From NCBI GenBank assembly GCA_963665665.1, contig OY762428.1, forward strand, positions 2,240,001 through 2,304,000: a DNA stretch of 64,000 nucleotides. The letters are read 5' to 3'. Position numbers and translations under genes: made by a program. The notes under the pieces were generated by a model that saw only the letters and a program-made list of their open reading frames with translations, did not search any database and was not told where the DNA came from. This document shows positions 31,331-40,772 of this stretch, piece by piece (positions within the stretch are counted from its first letter, which is position 1; each line of letters begins with the position of its first letter). The DNA comes from Candidatus Kapaibacterium sp. (lineage in GTDB: Bacteria > Bacteroidota > Ignavibacteria > Kapaibacteriales > UBA2268).

Positions 31331-31852
31331 GTGTGTGAACCTAAAATTTAAGCGGTCTGCCCATTAGGGAGAACAACATTCCGATGAAAATACTCTGCTA
31401 CACAATTCTCTGAAGAAACCCCATTGTACTTACCATTCGGACCGACCGCTTTAAGTTGCAAACCTTATTCAATTAACCGTACTATGCGTCATTATTCCAT
31501 TTTGTTTTACCATTCTAATCCATATTCCTGCCGTGCGGCCTGCAACTATATCAGGGAGAAAATTTCAGCCTTTTATCCACATTGCCATCATTCAAATTCC
31601 ATTGCATAACCATTTTTTCATATTCTTATCATATTCCAAACAATTGGTCAAGGCTGGAAAGAAATTTTTTTTAGTAAAAAATCAAGCCCGGGGCGGCCAA
31701 TACAAGTAAATCATCTGCCATCTTTTCTATTTTCGCCTATCCACAGAGTACACATTGTTCCACATTTTTTCTGTTCCATAACCGAAGGTTCCTAAAAATC
31801 TTGTATCAACCACCACCGTGCCTGTTGATACTACCCCTAGTCTCAAATTTTT

Positions 31853-32251
31853 TCAAAGTACTTGTTCGAGTAGAAGATTCTCTTCATTCTCGATTTGAAT
31901 ATTCCTGAGAATATTCAGTATTATGTCAAAGTTTTCGTTTTTGCTGAGAAAGAAGTCAGCGCCATTGTTTAAACAAACAGTCCGAAACCCGTTATCGTCA
32001 AAGTCCGTCATTATTACCAGGATCAAATTTCGATTTTTCAATTTCAGCTTTTTCAGTTCATCCAACGGCCTGTCCCTGAGCAGTATTGCATCGAGTAACA
32101 GAGCGTCGAATTCCGAACTGTTTATTTTGCCAACAGTATCGGTAAATGTCGAGGCTATTCCTATATGTTCCAGGTCATTGACGTACTCTATTGCCAAGGC
32201 AGCTATCCTTGCGCTAATCGATTTTGACCTTTCGCCTATCAGAAGTTTCAT
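31853..32251 (-). CDS. Single-domain response regulator (atypical acidic pocket)
   Basis: Receiver fold with FDALLLD, LVIMT and GADFFLSK. The N-terminal DD is replaced by ER. Confidence 0.8.
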   Translation of the reverse strand: MKLLIGERSKSISARIAALAIEYVNDLEHIGIASTFTDTVGKINSSEFDALLLDAILLRDRPLDELKKLKLKNRNLILVIMTDFDDNGFRTVCLNNGADFFLSKNENFDIILNILRNIQIENEENLLLEQVL

Positions 32252-32395
32252 TTTGTCCTTTATCCTTCGACAACCCGATTTTCAAATAATTAATTTATCA
32301 ACTGGTACAAATTTAATAGATTAAAATACAAGTAATGTAGAACTTTATTAAAAAGTGATGTAGAACATAATTTTTTCTTGTAGAATTATCAATTT

Positions 32396-35365
32396 TTATT
32401 TAACAATTCCCTGCTTCATGCAGTAATCTGTGAGTTGATTAATATCTTTCATTTCCATTTTTTCAAGTATTCTTGATCGGTAAGTAGATACAGTTGTTTT
32501 ACTTATGCTTAGTTCAGATGAAATATCCTTATTCCTTTTTCCGCGTACTAATAAACGCATTACCTGGAATTCCCTGTCGGATAATTTCTCATGTGGCATA
32601 AGTTCTTTTACTTCTTCAGTGCTGTAAACGTCATCATCTCTGAAATCTTCCGGTATGTATTTTTTATCATTTTTTATTTTATAGATAGCCTGCATATAAG
32701 CTTTCCCGTCGGAATTTTTCTCAATAATTCCTGCCGCACCGCTGCTAATTGTTCTTTTAGCAAGGTGGCGGTCTGCCCTGGCAAAGCAAACCAATATTTT
32801 GCAGTCTTTTTTCATATTAATCAGGTCTCCGATAATTTCAGTAACGCCCCGGACACTGAATTCAGAATCCAATATTATTATATCCGGCTGTAATTTCATA
32901 GAGTTGAACAGCAAATCACGTTCTGTTGAAGTATCAGCGCTCACATTTATAAAGCTGTCTTCCTGAATAACTTCTGCAAGTCCTTTTCTGAAAATTGGAT
33001 TTGAATCTGCAATAAGTACATTAATATTAGATTTCGATTTTGAACCGCCTACAGGAAAACTAACTGATATAGTAGTTCCAAACCCCTGGGAACTGTCGAT
33101 ATTTATTCGGCCTTTCAGGTTATAGACCCTTTCAGTCATGGCAAGAAGCCCGAAGGAAGCAGGATTATTCATTTGTTCGCGGCTCATACCTACACCATCG
33201 TCACTAACAAGCAGTTCTACTCTGTTTGCCTTTTTATGAAGGTTAATTTGAACTTTAGTTGCTTTGGAATGCTTGCCGGTATTGGACAGGATTTCCTGGT
33301 ATATCCTGAAAATCATCTCGGATTTGCTCACATCCAGGAAGGAATCGATATCCTCGATATATAATTCGCAGCTGATAGAAGTCTTTTTCTCAAATTCTTT
33401 TGTCTGCCATTTTATCGCCGCTGAAAGCCCCATCCTGTCAAGTACAATCGGATGCAGGTCACTGGTAATCCTGTTGATATTTCCGCCCGTTTTTTCGATT
33501 AATTTCGACATTTCCGCAAGGCGCTCGTATAGAAATTTATTATCTTCCGGAACTTTTTTCATAAGCCAGGAAGCATCATATTTCAAGGTAGTTACAGCCT
33601 GCCCAAGTTCATCCCTGATATCCCTTGCAATTTGTTTCCTCTCGTCCTCCCTGATGGAGTCAAGGTGTATAGCCAGGTTCCTTAATTTTTCCTCGGAATT
33701 TCTTAGCCTTAACTCGGATTTTTTTCTTTCACTGATATCCCTGTCCACGCTAACCCAGCCAACAAATTTATTGTTCACGTCTGTCAGTGCAATTATCCTT
33801 GATTCAACTTCAATAAGTTTTCCTCCTTTAGCATATCTGGAAAATTCACCGTTGTACTCGTTTTTTTCCCTGAGAATATTCAACAGGTCGTAGAGGTGCA
33901 TGCCTGAATCGCCTGAAGGAAAGAACTGCTCCCAGCTTTTTCCGATAACTTCGTTTTTGCTCCATCCGTATATTCGTTCGGCACCACTATTCCATGCTGA
34001 TATTACCGGCCCCTGTTTTATTTCAACAGCAATAATTGCATCGTTAACTTTTTCAAGCAGGTTAGCCTGATAGGATAATTTAGTTTCGGCATCTTTCCGG
34101 TCTGCAATATTACGGCAAATTGTGAAAAGGGCATCATTTCCGGACTGAGGTATTCGTGTCATGGATATTTCTACAAAAACCTGCTCGTCGTAAAGGGTTC
34201 TGAACTGCCATTCAAAGCGCACGTAGCCGCTGTTGTAGCCATTGGCAATTTTTTCCCTGAATTTCATGAACGAGTTCTCTCCGTCCGGCTGTGTTTCAGG
34301 CGAAAGAAGTGCGGGATGAATACCAACAACATTATATTTTGATTCTGACTGAAACAATTGCAAAGTAGCTTTATTGCAGTCAATTATACCTTTCTTATCA
34401 ATCACGAGCATGGCATCGGCAGAATTCTCATATAGAAGCCTGAATTTTTTCTCACTTTCCATAAGTTCAATTGTTGCACGGGTTTTCTCGGTAATATCCA
34501 GGACTGTGAATATCTGGCCGGCATCAAAATCCTCCGGATCGATTGCGGAAATTTTAACATGGCAGTTCAATTTTTTACCATCCTTCTTTTTCCATATCCA
34601 CTCCGACCCGGGGTTATCCGGCTTTTCCAATTGTTTGTATAACTCCATGCCGGCTTTCTCGAAATCACTGTTATTTGTATAGAACATCCTTGTATCTTGA
34701 TTAATAAGCTCATTTTTGGCATAGCCGAGTATATTGTGAAGTTCATCATTAGCCCAGTATATAACCCTGTTTTTAACCAGCCCGATACCAACAGGAGATG
34801 CATCGAGAATTGCCTGCCTGATTTTCTGGTTTTCCTCAAGAGCCATTTCAGATTCTTTTATCTCTGTTATATTTCTTGCAAAAAGAAATACCTCCGTAAC
34901 TTCGTTATTACTGTCTAACAAAGGCCTGATATAGATATCATACCATACATCATTTCTCATATCCTGAAATCTGATAGTTCTTTTGTCAAGAATTGCTTTA
35001 TAAAAGCGTTCTTTTCTTTTTTCCGCACTTTCCTTAGGTTCAAAAATTTCAAAAAGGTTTTTTCCTATAGCATCATCAACTTTGTAACCTATGGATTTTG
35101 CCATTATTGGATTGATCAATTTAATTATTCCAGAAGTTTCAAGAATAGCAATATCATCAACAGTTGAATTGAAGAAATCCGGAGCATAGCTAATAATCAT
35201 TTCTGTTTGAATATTCAGATAATCCTTGTTCGATTTATGTTTGTCCGACAAACCCATGTTCATACTCCGAATTTCTTTTTTTAATTCATCATGGGAGCGG
35301 CTTATTATATCAAGGCTGTCAGTCAGCTTTTGTATTTGTTTTTCTAATTTATTGTCATTTTTCAT
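32396..35365 (-). CDS. Hybrid multi-PAS / HisKA_3-HATPase / REC / LuxR-HTH signalling protein
   Basis: About 4 PAS/PAC repeats (DIT/NIT motifs), ERKQIARDIRDELGQ, QEILSNTGKH, DDGVG, a REC domain (PDIIILD) and LSDREFQV...ISKTTVSTYRSRILEKM. Confidence 0.9.
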   Translation of the reverse strand: MKNDNKLEKQIQKLTDSLDIISRSHDELKKEIRSMNMGLSDKHKSNKDYLNIQTEMIISYAPDFFNSTVDDIAILETSGIIKLINPIMAKSIGYKVDDAIGKNLFEIFEPKESAEKRKERFYKAILDKRTIRFQDMRNDVWYDIYIRPLLDSNNEVTEVFLFARNITEIKESEMALEENQKIRQAILDASPVGIGLVKNRVIYWANDELHNILGYAKNELINQDTRMFYTNNSDFEKAGMELYKQLEKPDNPGSEWIWKKKDGKKLNCHVKISAIDPEDFDAGQIFTVLDITEKTRATIELMESEKKFRLLYENSADAMLVIDKKGIIDCNKATLQLFQSESKYNVVGIHPALLSPETQPDGENSFMKFREKIANGYNSGYVRFEWQFRTLYDEQVFVEISMTRIPQSGNDALFTICRNIADRKDAETKLSYQANLLEKVNDAIIAVEIKQGPVISAWNSGAERIYGWSKNEVIGKSWEQFFPSGDSGMHLYDLLNILREKNEYNGEFSRYAKGGKLIEVESRIIALTDVNNKFVGWVSVDRDISERKKSELRLRNSEEKLRNLAIHLDSIREDERKQIARDIRDELGQAVTTLKYDASWLMKKVPEDNKFLYERLAEMSKLIEKTGGNINRITSDLHPIVLDRMGLSAAIKWQTKEFEKKTSISCELYIEDIDSFLDVSKSEMIFRIYQEILSNTGKHSKATKVQINLHKKANRVELLVSDDGVGMSREQMNNPASFGLLAMTERVYNLKGRINIDSSQGFGTTISVSFPVGGSKSKSNINVLIADSNPIFRKGLAEVIQEDSFINVSADTSTERDLLFNSMKLQPDIIILDSEFSVRGVTEIIGDLINMKKDCKILVCFARADRHLAKRTISSGAAGIIEKNSDGKAYMQAIYKIKNDKKYIPEDFRDDDVYSTEEVKELMPHEKLSDREFQVMRLLVRGKRNKDISSELSISKTTVSTYRSRILEKMEMKDINQLTDYCMKQGIVK

Positions 35366-35539
35366 TTTAGCATCAAAGCCAATATTAGTACTACACGTTC
35401 TACAATCTAATTAGAAAATAAATAATAGACAAGATTAATTTGTAGAATAAATGCTTTTGTCATGCTTAGCATCGTTCAAACTTGAATTTTAATAAAAAAA
35501 AAATTAACTTGCGTTGATTGTGATTAAACGGAGTGTTTT

Positions 35540-37759
35540 ATGCCGGACAGGATAACAAGCCTTCAATACTTTAAAGGAATCGGGCCGAGAAGAGCCGAAG
35601 CTCTCGCAGCCGAAGGCCTTATTACTCCCGGAGATTTGCTGACCAATTTCCCGAGGGCATATATTAACCGCAATGAAGTTCAATCGATAAAAAACCAAAT
35701 AGCTATATTAAGAAATAATGACAGTTTTGATAAAGACAGTTCCCTCAGCGATTTTAAATTCCAGTCGGAAATAACTATTGTCGGGAAAATTATTACTACA
35801 CAGGAACATCAATTCGGAAAAAAGAGAAAGATGTTCAAACTAAAGCTCGGTGACGGAAGCGGGGCAGAGGCAAACATTGTTTTCTGGCAGGGGGTGGAAT
35901 ATTTCAAGCGTCGCTATCAGCAGGGCCAAACCCTTGTGGTAAGCGGCAAGCCCGATAAATTCGGTTATAATTTTATGGATTTCAGCCATCCGGAAATAGA
36001 GATAGTTGATCCGGAGGATATTCAGCTTTACTCACAGGGAAAGATATTACCCAAGTATAAAAGCAGTGAAAACCTGCAAAAAGCCGGGATTACTATGCGC
36101 CTGATGCGTATGATAATGGAAACCGTGGTTCGCCAGGAAATTAAATATGTCGGCGAAACAATGCCCGGATATATTATTGAAAAAAATAATTTCCCCAACC
36201 TCAGGGATGCTGTTCAGAACCTGCATTTCCCCCGGAATGAAAAAATTCTTGCAGCATCGGTCAGGAGAATGAAATTCGAAGAAATATTTTATTTCGAGCT
36301 TTTCCTTGCGCACAGGCAGCGTGGCGTCAGGCTGACCGAAAGAGGCCCGGTTATGGACAAAAAAAGCCACAGCGCGAGAAAACTCTTTGACGCACTGCCA
36401 TTTGAACTGACAGGCGACCAGAAAAAAGTATTAAGGGAGATTGCCGCTGATATTAAAAGCGGTTCGGCAATGAACAGGCTGCTCCAGGGCGATGTGGGTT
36501 CAGGAAAAACAATTGTTGCCATCCTGGCTATGCTTATGGCTATCGACAACGGCTGCCAGGTAGCGCTTATGGCTCCTACAGAAATTCTGGCCGAGCAGCA
36601 CTTTCATTCCCTTGAAAAATTCCTTGAAGACTTTGACCTGAATATTGTTCAGCTTCTCGGAGGGCAGAGAGTAAAAGCAAGAAGGATGGCTCTCGAAAAA
36701 ATCAGTTCCGGCGACGCCGATATCATTGTCGGTACCCATGCCATGTTCCAGGCAGAAGTGGAATACAACAGGCTGGGCCTTGTAGTAATCGATGAGCAGC
36801 ACAGGTTCGGCGTGCAACAAAGAGCAGATATGAAAGAGCTTGGCAGCAAATCATTTCCCGATGAGAACCTTTTTCCCCACGTATTGGTGATGACTGCCAC
36901 GCCTATTCCAAGGACGCTTTCCATGACAGTTTACGGCGATTTGGATGTTTCGATAATCAAGCAGCTCCCAAAAAACCGTAAGCCGATAAAAACAAGAATA
37001 TCTTACGAGAAAGATATTGAATCGGTTTATTCTTTTATCCGATCGGAAATAGTTAAAGGCCGCCAGGCATATATTGTTTACCCGCTGGTGGAAAAATCCG
37101 ACAAACTTGAATTAAAAGCCGCCACCGACCATTACGAAAGGCTTAAAGAAGCGGTATTCCCGGATTTGAAAATCGGGCTGCTCCACGGCCAGATGTTCTG
37201 GTACGAGAAAGAAGATGCCATGAAAGCTTTCCTTGATAAGGAATATGATATTCTTGTGGCCACAACAGTTATTGAAGTGGGTATTGATGTGCCGAATGCA
37301 TCAGTCATGCTGATTGAAAATGCCGAGCGTTTCGGCCTTTCTCAATTGCATCAGCTTAGGGGGCGCGTTGGCAGGGGGCATGAGCAGTCATACTGCATAC
37401 TGATGACAAAGGATCATTTCCGCTACCAGGTAAAAAACAAAGCAAAAAAAGGTGATGACAGGTCCGCTTCGATAATCAGGCTGAAAACAATGGAGGAAAC
37501 CACCGACGGATTTAAAATTTCCGAGGCGGATATGCAGTTGCGCGGGCCCGGCGACGTGCTTGGCACCAGGCAGTCAGGCCTTCCTGAGTTTAAATACCTT
37601 GACCTGGTAAACGACGGGCCGCTGATAAGCGAAGCAAGAAAGCTGGCATTTGAGATTGTAGAAGACGACCCCGATCTGCTAAAACCGGAAAATAAAATCC
37701 TAAGGGAAGAATTCAGGGCGCGTTTCAGCGGACCGAATAATTATTATGACATAGCTTAA
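35540..37759 (+). CDS. recG: ATP-dependent DNA helicase RecG
   Basis: Motifs MNRLLQGDVGSGKT, APTEILAEQH, IDEQHRFG, MTATPIPRTL and QLHQLRGRVGRG. Confidence 0.98.
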   Translation: MPDRITSLQYFKGIGPRRAEALAAEGLITPGDLLTNFPRAYINRNEVQSIKNQIAILRNNDSFDKDSSLSDFKFQSEITIVGKIITTQEHQFGKKRKMFKLKLGDGSGAEANIVFWQGVEYFKRRYQQGQTLVVSGKPDKFGYNFMDFSHPEIEIVDPEDIQLYSQGKILPKYKSSENLQKAGITMRLMRMIMETVVRQEIKYVGETMPGYIIEKNNFPNLRDAVQNLHFPRNEKILAASVRRMKFEEIFYFELFLAHRQRGVRLTERGPVMDKKSHSARKLFDALPFELTGDQKKVLREIAADIKSGSAMNRLLQGDVGSGKTIVAILAMLMAIDNGCQVALMAPTEILAEQHFHSLEKFLEDFDLNIVQLLGGQRVKARRMALEKISSGDADIIVGTHAMFQAEVEYNRLGLVVIDEQHRFGVQQRADMKELGSKSFPDENLFPHVLVMTATPIPRTLSMTVYGDLDVSIIKQLPKNRKPIKTRISYEKDIESVYSFIRSEIVKGRQAYIVYPLVEKSDKLELKAATDHYERLKEAVFPDLKIGLLHGQMFWYEKEDAMKAFLDKEYDILVATTVIEVGIDVPNASVMLIENAERFGLSQLHQLRGRVGRGHEQSYCILMTKDHFRYQVKNKAKKGDDRSASIIRLKTMEETTDGFKISEADMQLRGPGDVLGTRQSGLPEFKYLDLVNDGPLISEARKLAFEIVEDDPDLLKPENKILREEFRARFSGPNNYYDIA

Positions 37760-38051
37760 GTAAAGAAAATGGCAGATGCCAGGATGAAATTGAAATTAGA
37801 TTTGATTAGAAATGATCAATTTGTACCTTACAATATATTCGATTAATAATTCTCCTAAAGGATGGCTTTTGATTATGAAGAAAAGCATTATTGATAATTT
37901 ATAAGGTTTTGTATAACCCCTCCCAGCCCTCAGCGAGGCGGAGAGCTAAGAGATTACACCTTCATCTGTAAGTGTTGGTGAAATTAGAAAAAAAGTAGCT
38001 ACTCAGCTAAGATGATATTATTCTGCTTTGAAAAGAATAATTGAAAAATCA

Positions 38052-38140
38052 TCATTCTGATGGAGCGAAGCGACTGAAGAATCCACTTGTTGAAGTATAA
38101 AAATATTAAGAATAGACTCTTCACTTCGTTCAGAGTGACA
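38052..38140. repeat. Bipartite palindromic intergenic repeat (TCATTCTGA...GAAGAATC / GACTCTTC...CAGAGTGACA)
   Basis: Near reverse complement of 57450-57540 and similar to 60720-60827. Confidence 0.85.
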
Positions 38141-38254
38141 TTTTTTTATATTTTTTAAAACATTTAACATATTTTCCCTATATAATATGTAGTAACGAAT
38201 AAAATATCTGATAATATCATCAATTTTATAATTAAACTAAGCAGTAATAAGAAT

Positions 38255-39124
38255 ATGAAAACAAGCAAAGGCATTATTGGCGCAGGGCAACTTGGAAATG
38301 CATTGATAAGGCATTTCATAGAAAAAAATGAAATTGAATGGGTGCTTGCCCGTAAAGGGAAATCTTTAGAAAGGCTAAGAAATATCGGCGACAATATTAC
38401 AATTTTTAATAACATAAATGAGATCGATACAATCCCGGATATAATTATCGTTGCTGTTAATGACAAAGCTATCACTGAAGTCGATAAGCAATTAGCCAGA
38501 AAAGGAATAACAGAAAAGTATATTTGTCATTCCAGCGGTTTTCTGGGTAGTGAAATCCTATGTGAATCCCGAAAAGCCGGCGCTAAAACTGCCTCGGTGC
38601 ATCCCTACCAGACTTTTTATAACTATCATCCCCATGTATTTAATGGTATTTCATGGGGAATGGATTGTCCGGGAGAAGATAAAACATTCTGGACTGCTTT
38701 TGTTGAAAGTACCGGCGGGAAAGCAATTTTTCCCGATTACAGCGATAAACACTCAAAAGCATTGTATCATTGTTCGGCTGTAGCCGCATCAAACTTTCTG
38801 ACAGCCGTTATAAGCCTGTCATCGGAGATAGCCACTGCTGCAGGTATTGACCCCATGGACTTCGTACCTGCAATAACCAGGACTACTTTGCAGAATAATA
38901 TTGATGCAATGAAGGAGAATACATTCCCCCTTTCCGGCCCAATCGCCCGGGGAGACAGGGATGCGGTTAAATTGCATATCGAGGGCCTGGAAAGTTTCCC
39001 CGAACTTCAAAAATCTTACGCCTTAACGGGGCTGGCCCTGGCTGAACTATCCAGGAAAAACGGGCTGCTCGATGAAGAAAAATATTATGGGATCTGTGAG
39101 TTGCTGCGTTTGTATTCTGAATAA
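38255..39124 (+). CDS. Rossmann-like plus DUF2520 oxidoreductase (PanG-like family)
   Basis: Motifs GIIGAGQLG, AVNDKAI, HSSG, SVHPYQTF, YHCSAVAASNF and SGPIARGD. Confidence 0.88.
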   Translation: MKTSKGIIGAGQLGNALIRHFIEKNEIEWVLARKGKSLERLRNIGDNITIFNNINEIDTIPDIIIVAVNDKAITEVDKQLARKGITEKYICHSSGFLGSEILCESRKAGAKTASVHPYQTFYNYHPHVFNGISWGMDCPGEDKTFWTAFVESTGGKAIFPDYSDKHSKALYHCSAVAASNFLTAVISLSSEIATAAGIDPMDFVPAITRTTLQNNIDAMKENTFPLSGPIARGDRDAVKLHIEGLESFPELQKSYALTGLALAELSRKNGLLDEEKYYGICELLRLYSE

Positions 39125-39157
39125 AAAATCCCCTCTAACTACCGCAGGAGGGGATTT
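39123..39157 (-). terminator. Terminator between convergent genes
   Basis: AAATCCCCTC-loop-GAGGGGATTT with an A tract on the plus strand. Confidence 0.7.
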
Positions 39158-39181
39158 GTCGTTTATATTCTGAAAGAACTA

Positions 39182-40762
39182 TTATCTGATCACAACAAAT
39201 TTGCCGCTGTAGGAGCGCTTGTTTGCAGTCATCCGGATAATATATGATCCTGATTTATTAATCCTGAATGGCATGTTGTAAATACCCGCGTTCATACTGC
39301 CGTTTTTAATATCCAATACTTTATAGCCCAGGAGGTCATGTACGCTGATCGAAACATTCGAAGCCTCGCGAAGCTCGAATGAGACAGTTCCTTCACCCGT
39401 GGGGCTGGGGCTTGGATATACTTTCAGTCCGGACCGGCCGCCTGCAACCGGGTCATTTACCGATACATCGCGGGGTTCCAGAACACCTATAGGCATATAC
39501 TGCTCGCCAAAAACAGCCGCACTATCCTGTGGTTCAGCACCGAGCCATGTTTCCAGGAAATCCGTGTAGGTTCTGCGGTAATCAAACTGGTGGCGCACGT
39601 CGCCGTCCTCATCCAGGTCGTCCAGGTCAGGTTTTTCACCGTAATAACCGGCTTTCACGTGATCTCCGAAAACAAACTGCATGGAAGCTGCGCCGTGGTC
39701 AGTTCCACGCGATCCGTTATCGTAAGCCCTGCGGCCAAATTCCGATGTTGTCATTCCTACAACTCTTTCCGACCATCCCTGCTGCACGGCATCGTCCATG
39801 AACTCGCATATTGCAGCGGCAGCCTGCTGCAGGAGTGTCGGGTGCTGGCCTTCGAAATCTTCGGTCATCTGCTGGGCATGTGAATCGAAATTACTAAGAT
39901 TTACATAATACACTTTGGATTGCAGGCCTCCGGCTATAAGCGCGGATATCATTTTAAATTTCTGTGGTAGCCCCTCACTGTAATTCACTTTGATTTTCTC
40001 AATTCCGGCATCGTAGGCTGCTTTTACTTTCTGCGAATAAAGTTCTGACTGCTGGGCTATTACTCTTGCGAAATTAAATTCGTTATCAAAAGCACTGTCG
40101 CCTGTCATAATAGGTTCAACCGGAGTCAATCCCTGTCCAAGTTCGTAGAATTTATCCGGATCGGTAAGTGCTATGCCCATGTGTCCCTTATCGCTTTTGA
40201 ATGTAAGCGACAGCGAGCCGTCAATATTCACTGCTATCGGATCCTCGGGTATTTCCTGGGGATAATTTTCAAGCATATTTGCGAAATATCTTCCCAGCCA
40301 GCCCTCGTTCAGGTTCACGCTGTTGTTTGAATTATTTATACCACTCAGCCAAATATCCTGGGATCGAAAATGCGAAAGATTGGGATTAACATATCCAACT
40401 CCTTCGATAATGGCAAGCCTGCCGTCTTCAAGAAGGCGCATCATCCCGCCGTTGTGTATCCCGTCAACGATGGATTTATTCATGTAAACATCCGAAGTCT
40501 GGAAACGTCTTGTTTCGGCTTCGGGATAGGCAAGCGTAGGCCTGAGGTTGTAATAAGTATCGTTATACACCGGAACAATTGTGTTCAGCCCGTCATTTCC
40601 GCCGAAAAGTTCCAGTATTATCATGATATTATCATTTTCGTTATTTAATATCCTGTCGTTCGGGACGGTTGAAAATATCGGTTTCCCCTTAAGGAATGCC
40701 GGGGCAACTGCCGCTCCGGCTGTAGCAACTGCTGTGCTTTTAATAAATTGTCTTCTTTTCAT
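39182..40762 (-). CDS. DUF1501 protein with twin-arginine leader and T9SS-type C-terminal domain
   Basis: Motifs MKRRQFIK, GGNDGLNT, SHFRSQDIW, FDSHAQQ and SEFGRR...GTDHG. The tail reads VYPSP...VHDLLG...SGSYIIR. Confidence 0.9.
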   Translation of the reverse strand: MKRRQFIKSTAVATAGAAVAPAFLKGKPIFSTVPNDRILNNENDNIMIILELFGGNDGLNTIVPVYNDTYYNLRPTLAYPEAETRRFQTSDVYMNKSIVDGIHNGGMMRLLEDGRLAIIEGVGYVNPNLSHFRSQDIWLSGINNSNNSVNLNEGWLGRYFANMLENYPQEIPEDPIAVNIDGSLSLTFKSDKGHMGIALTDPDKFYELGQGLTPVEPIMTGDSAFDNEFNFARVIAQQSELYSQKVKAAYDAGIEKIKVNYSEGLPQKFKMISALIAGGLQSKVYYVNLSNFDSHAQQMTEDFEGQHPTLLQQAAAAICEFMDDAVQQGWSERVVGMTTSEFGRRAYDNGSRGTDHGAASMQFVFGDHVKAGYYGEKPDLDDLDEDGDVRHQFDYRRTYTDFLETWLGAEPQDSAAVFGEQYMPIGVLEPRDVSVNDPVAGGRSGLKVYPSPSPTGEGTVSFELREASNVSISVHDLLGYKVLDIKNGSMNAGIYNMPFRINKSGSYIIRMTANKRSYSGKFVVIR

Positions 40763-40772
40763 ATCGTCCCCC

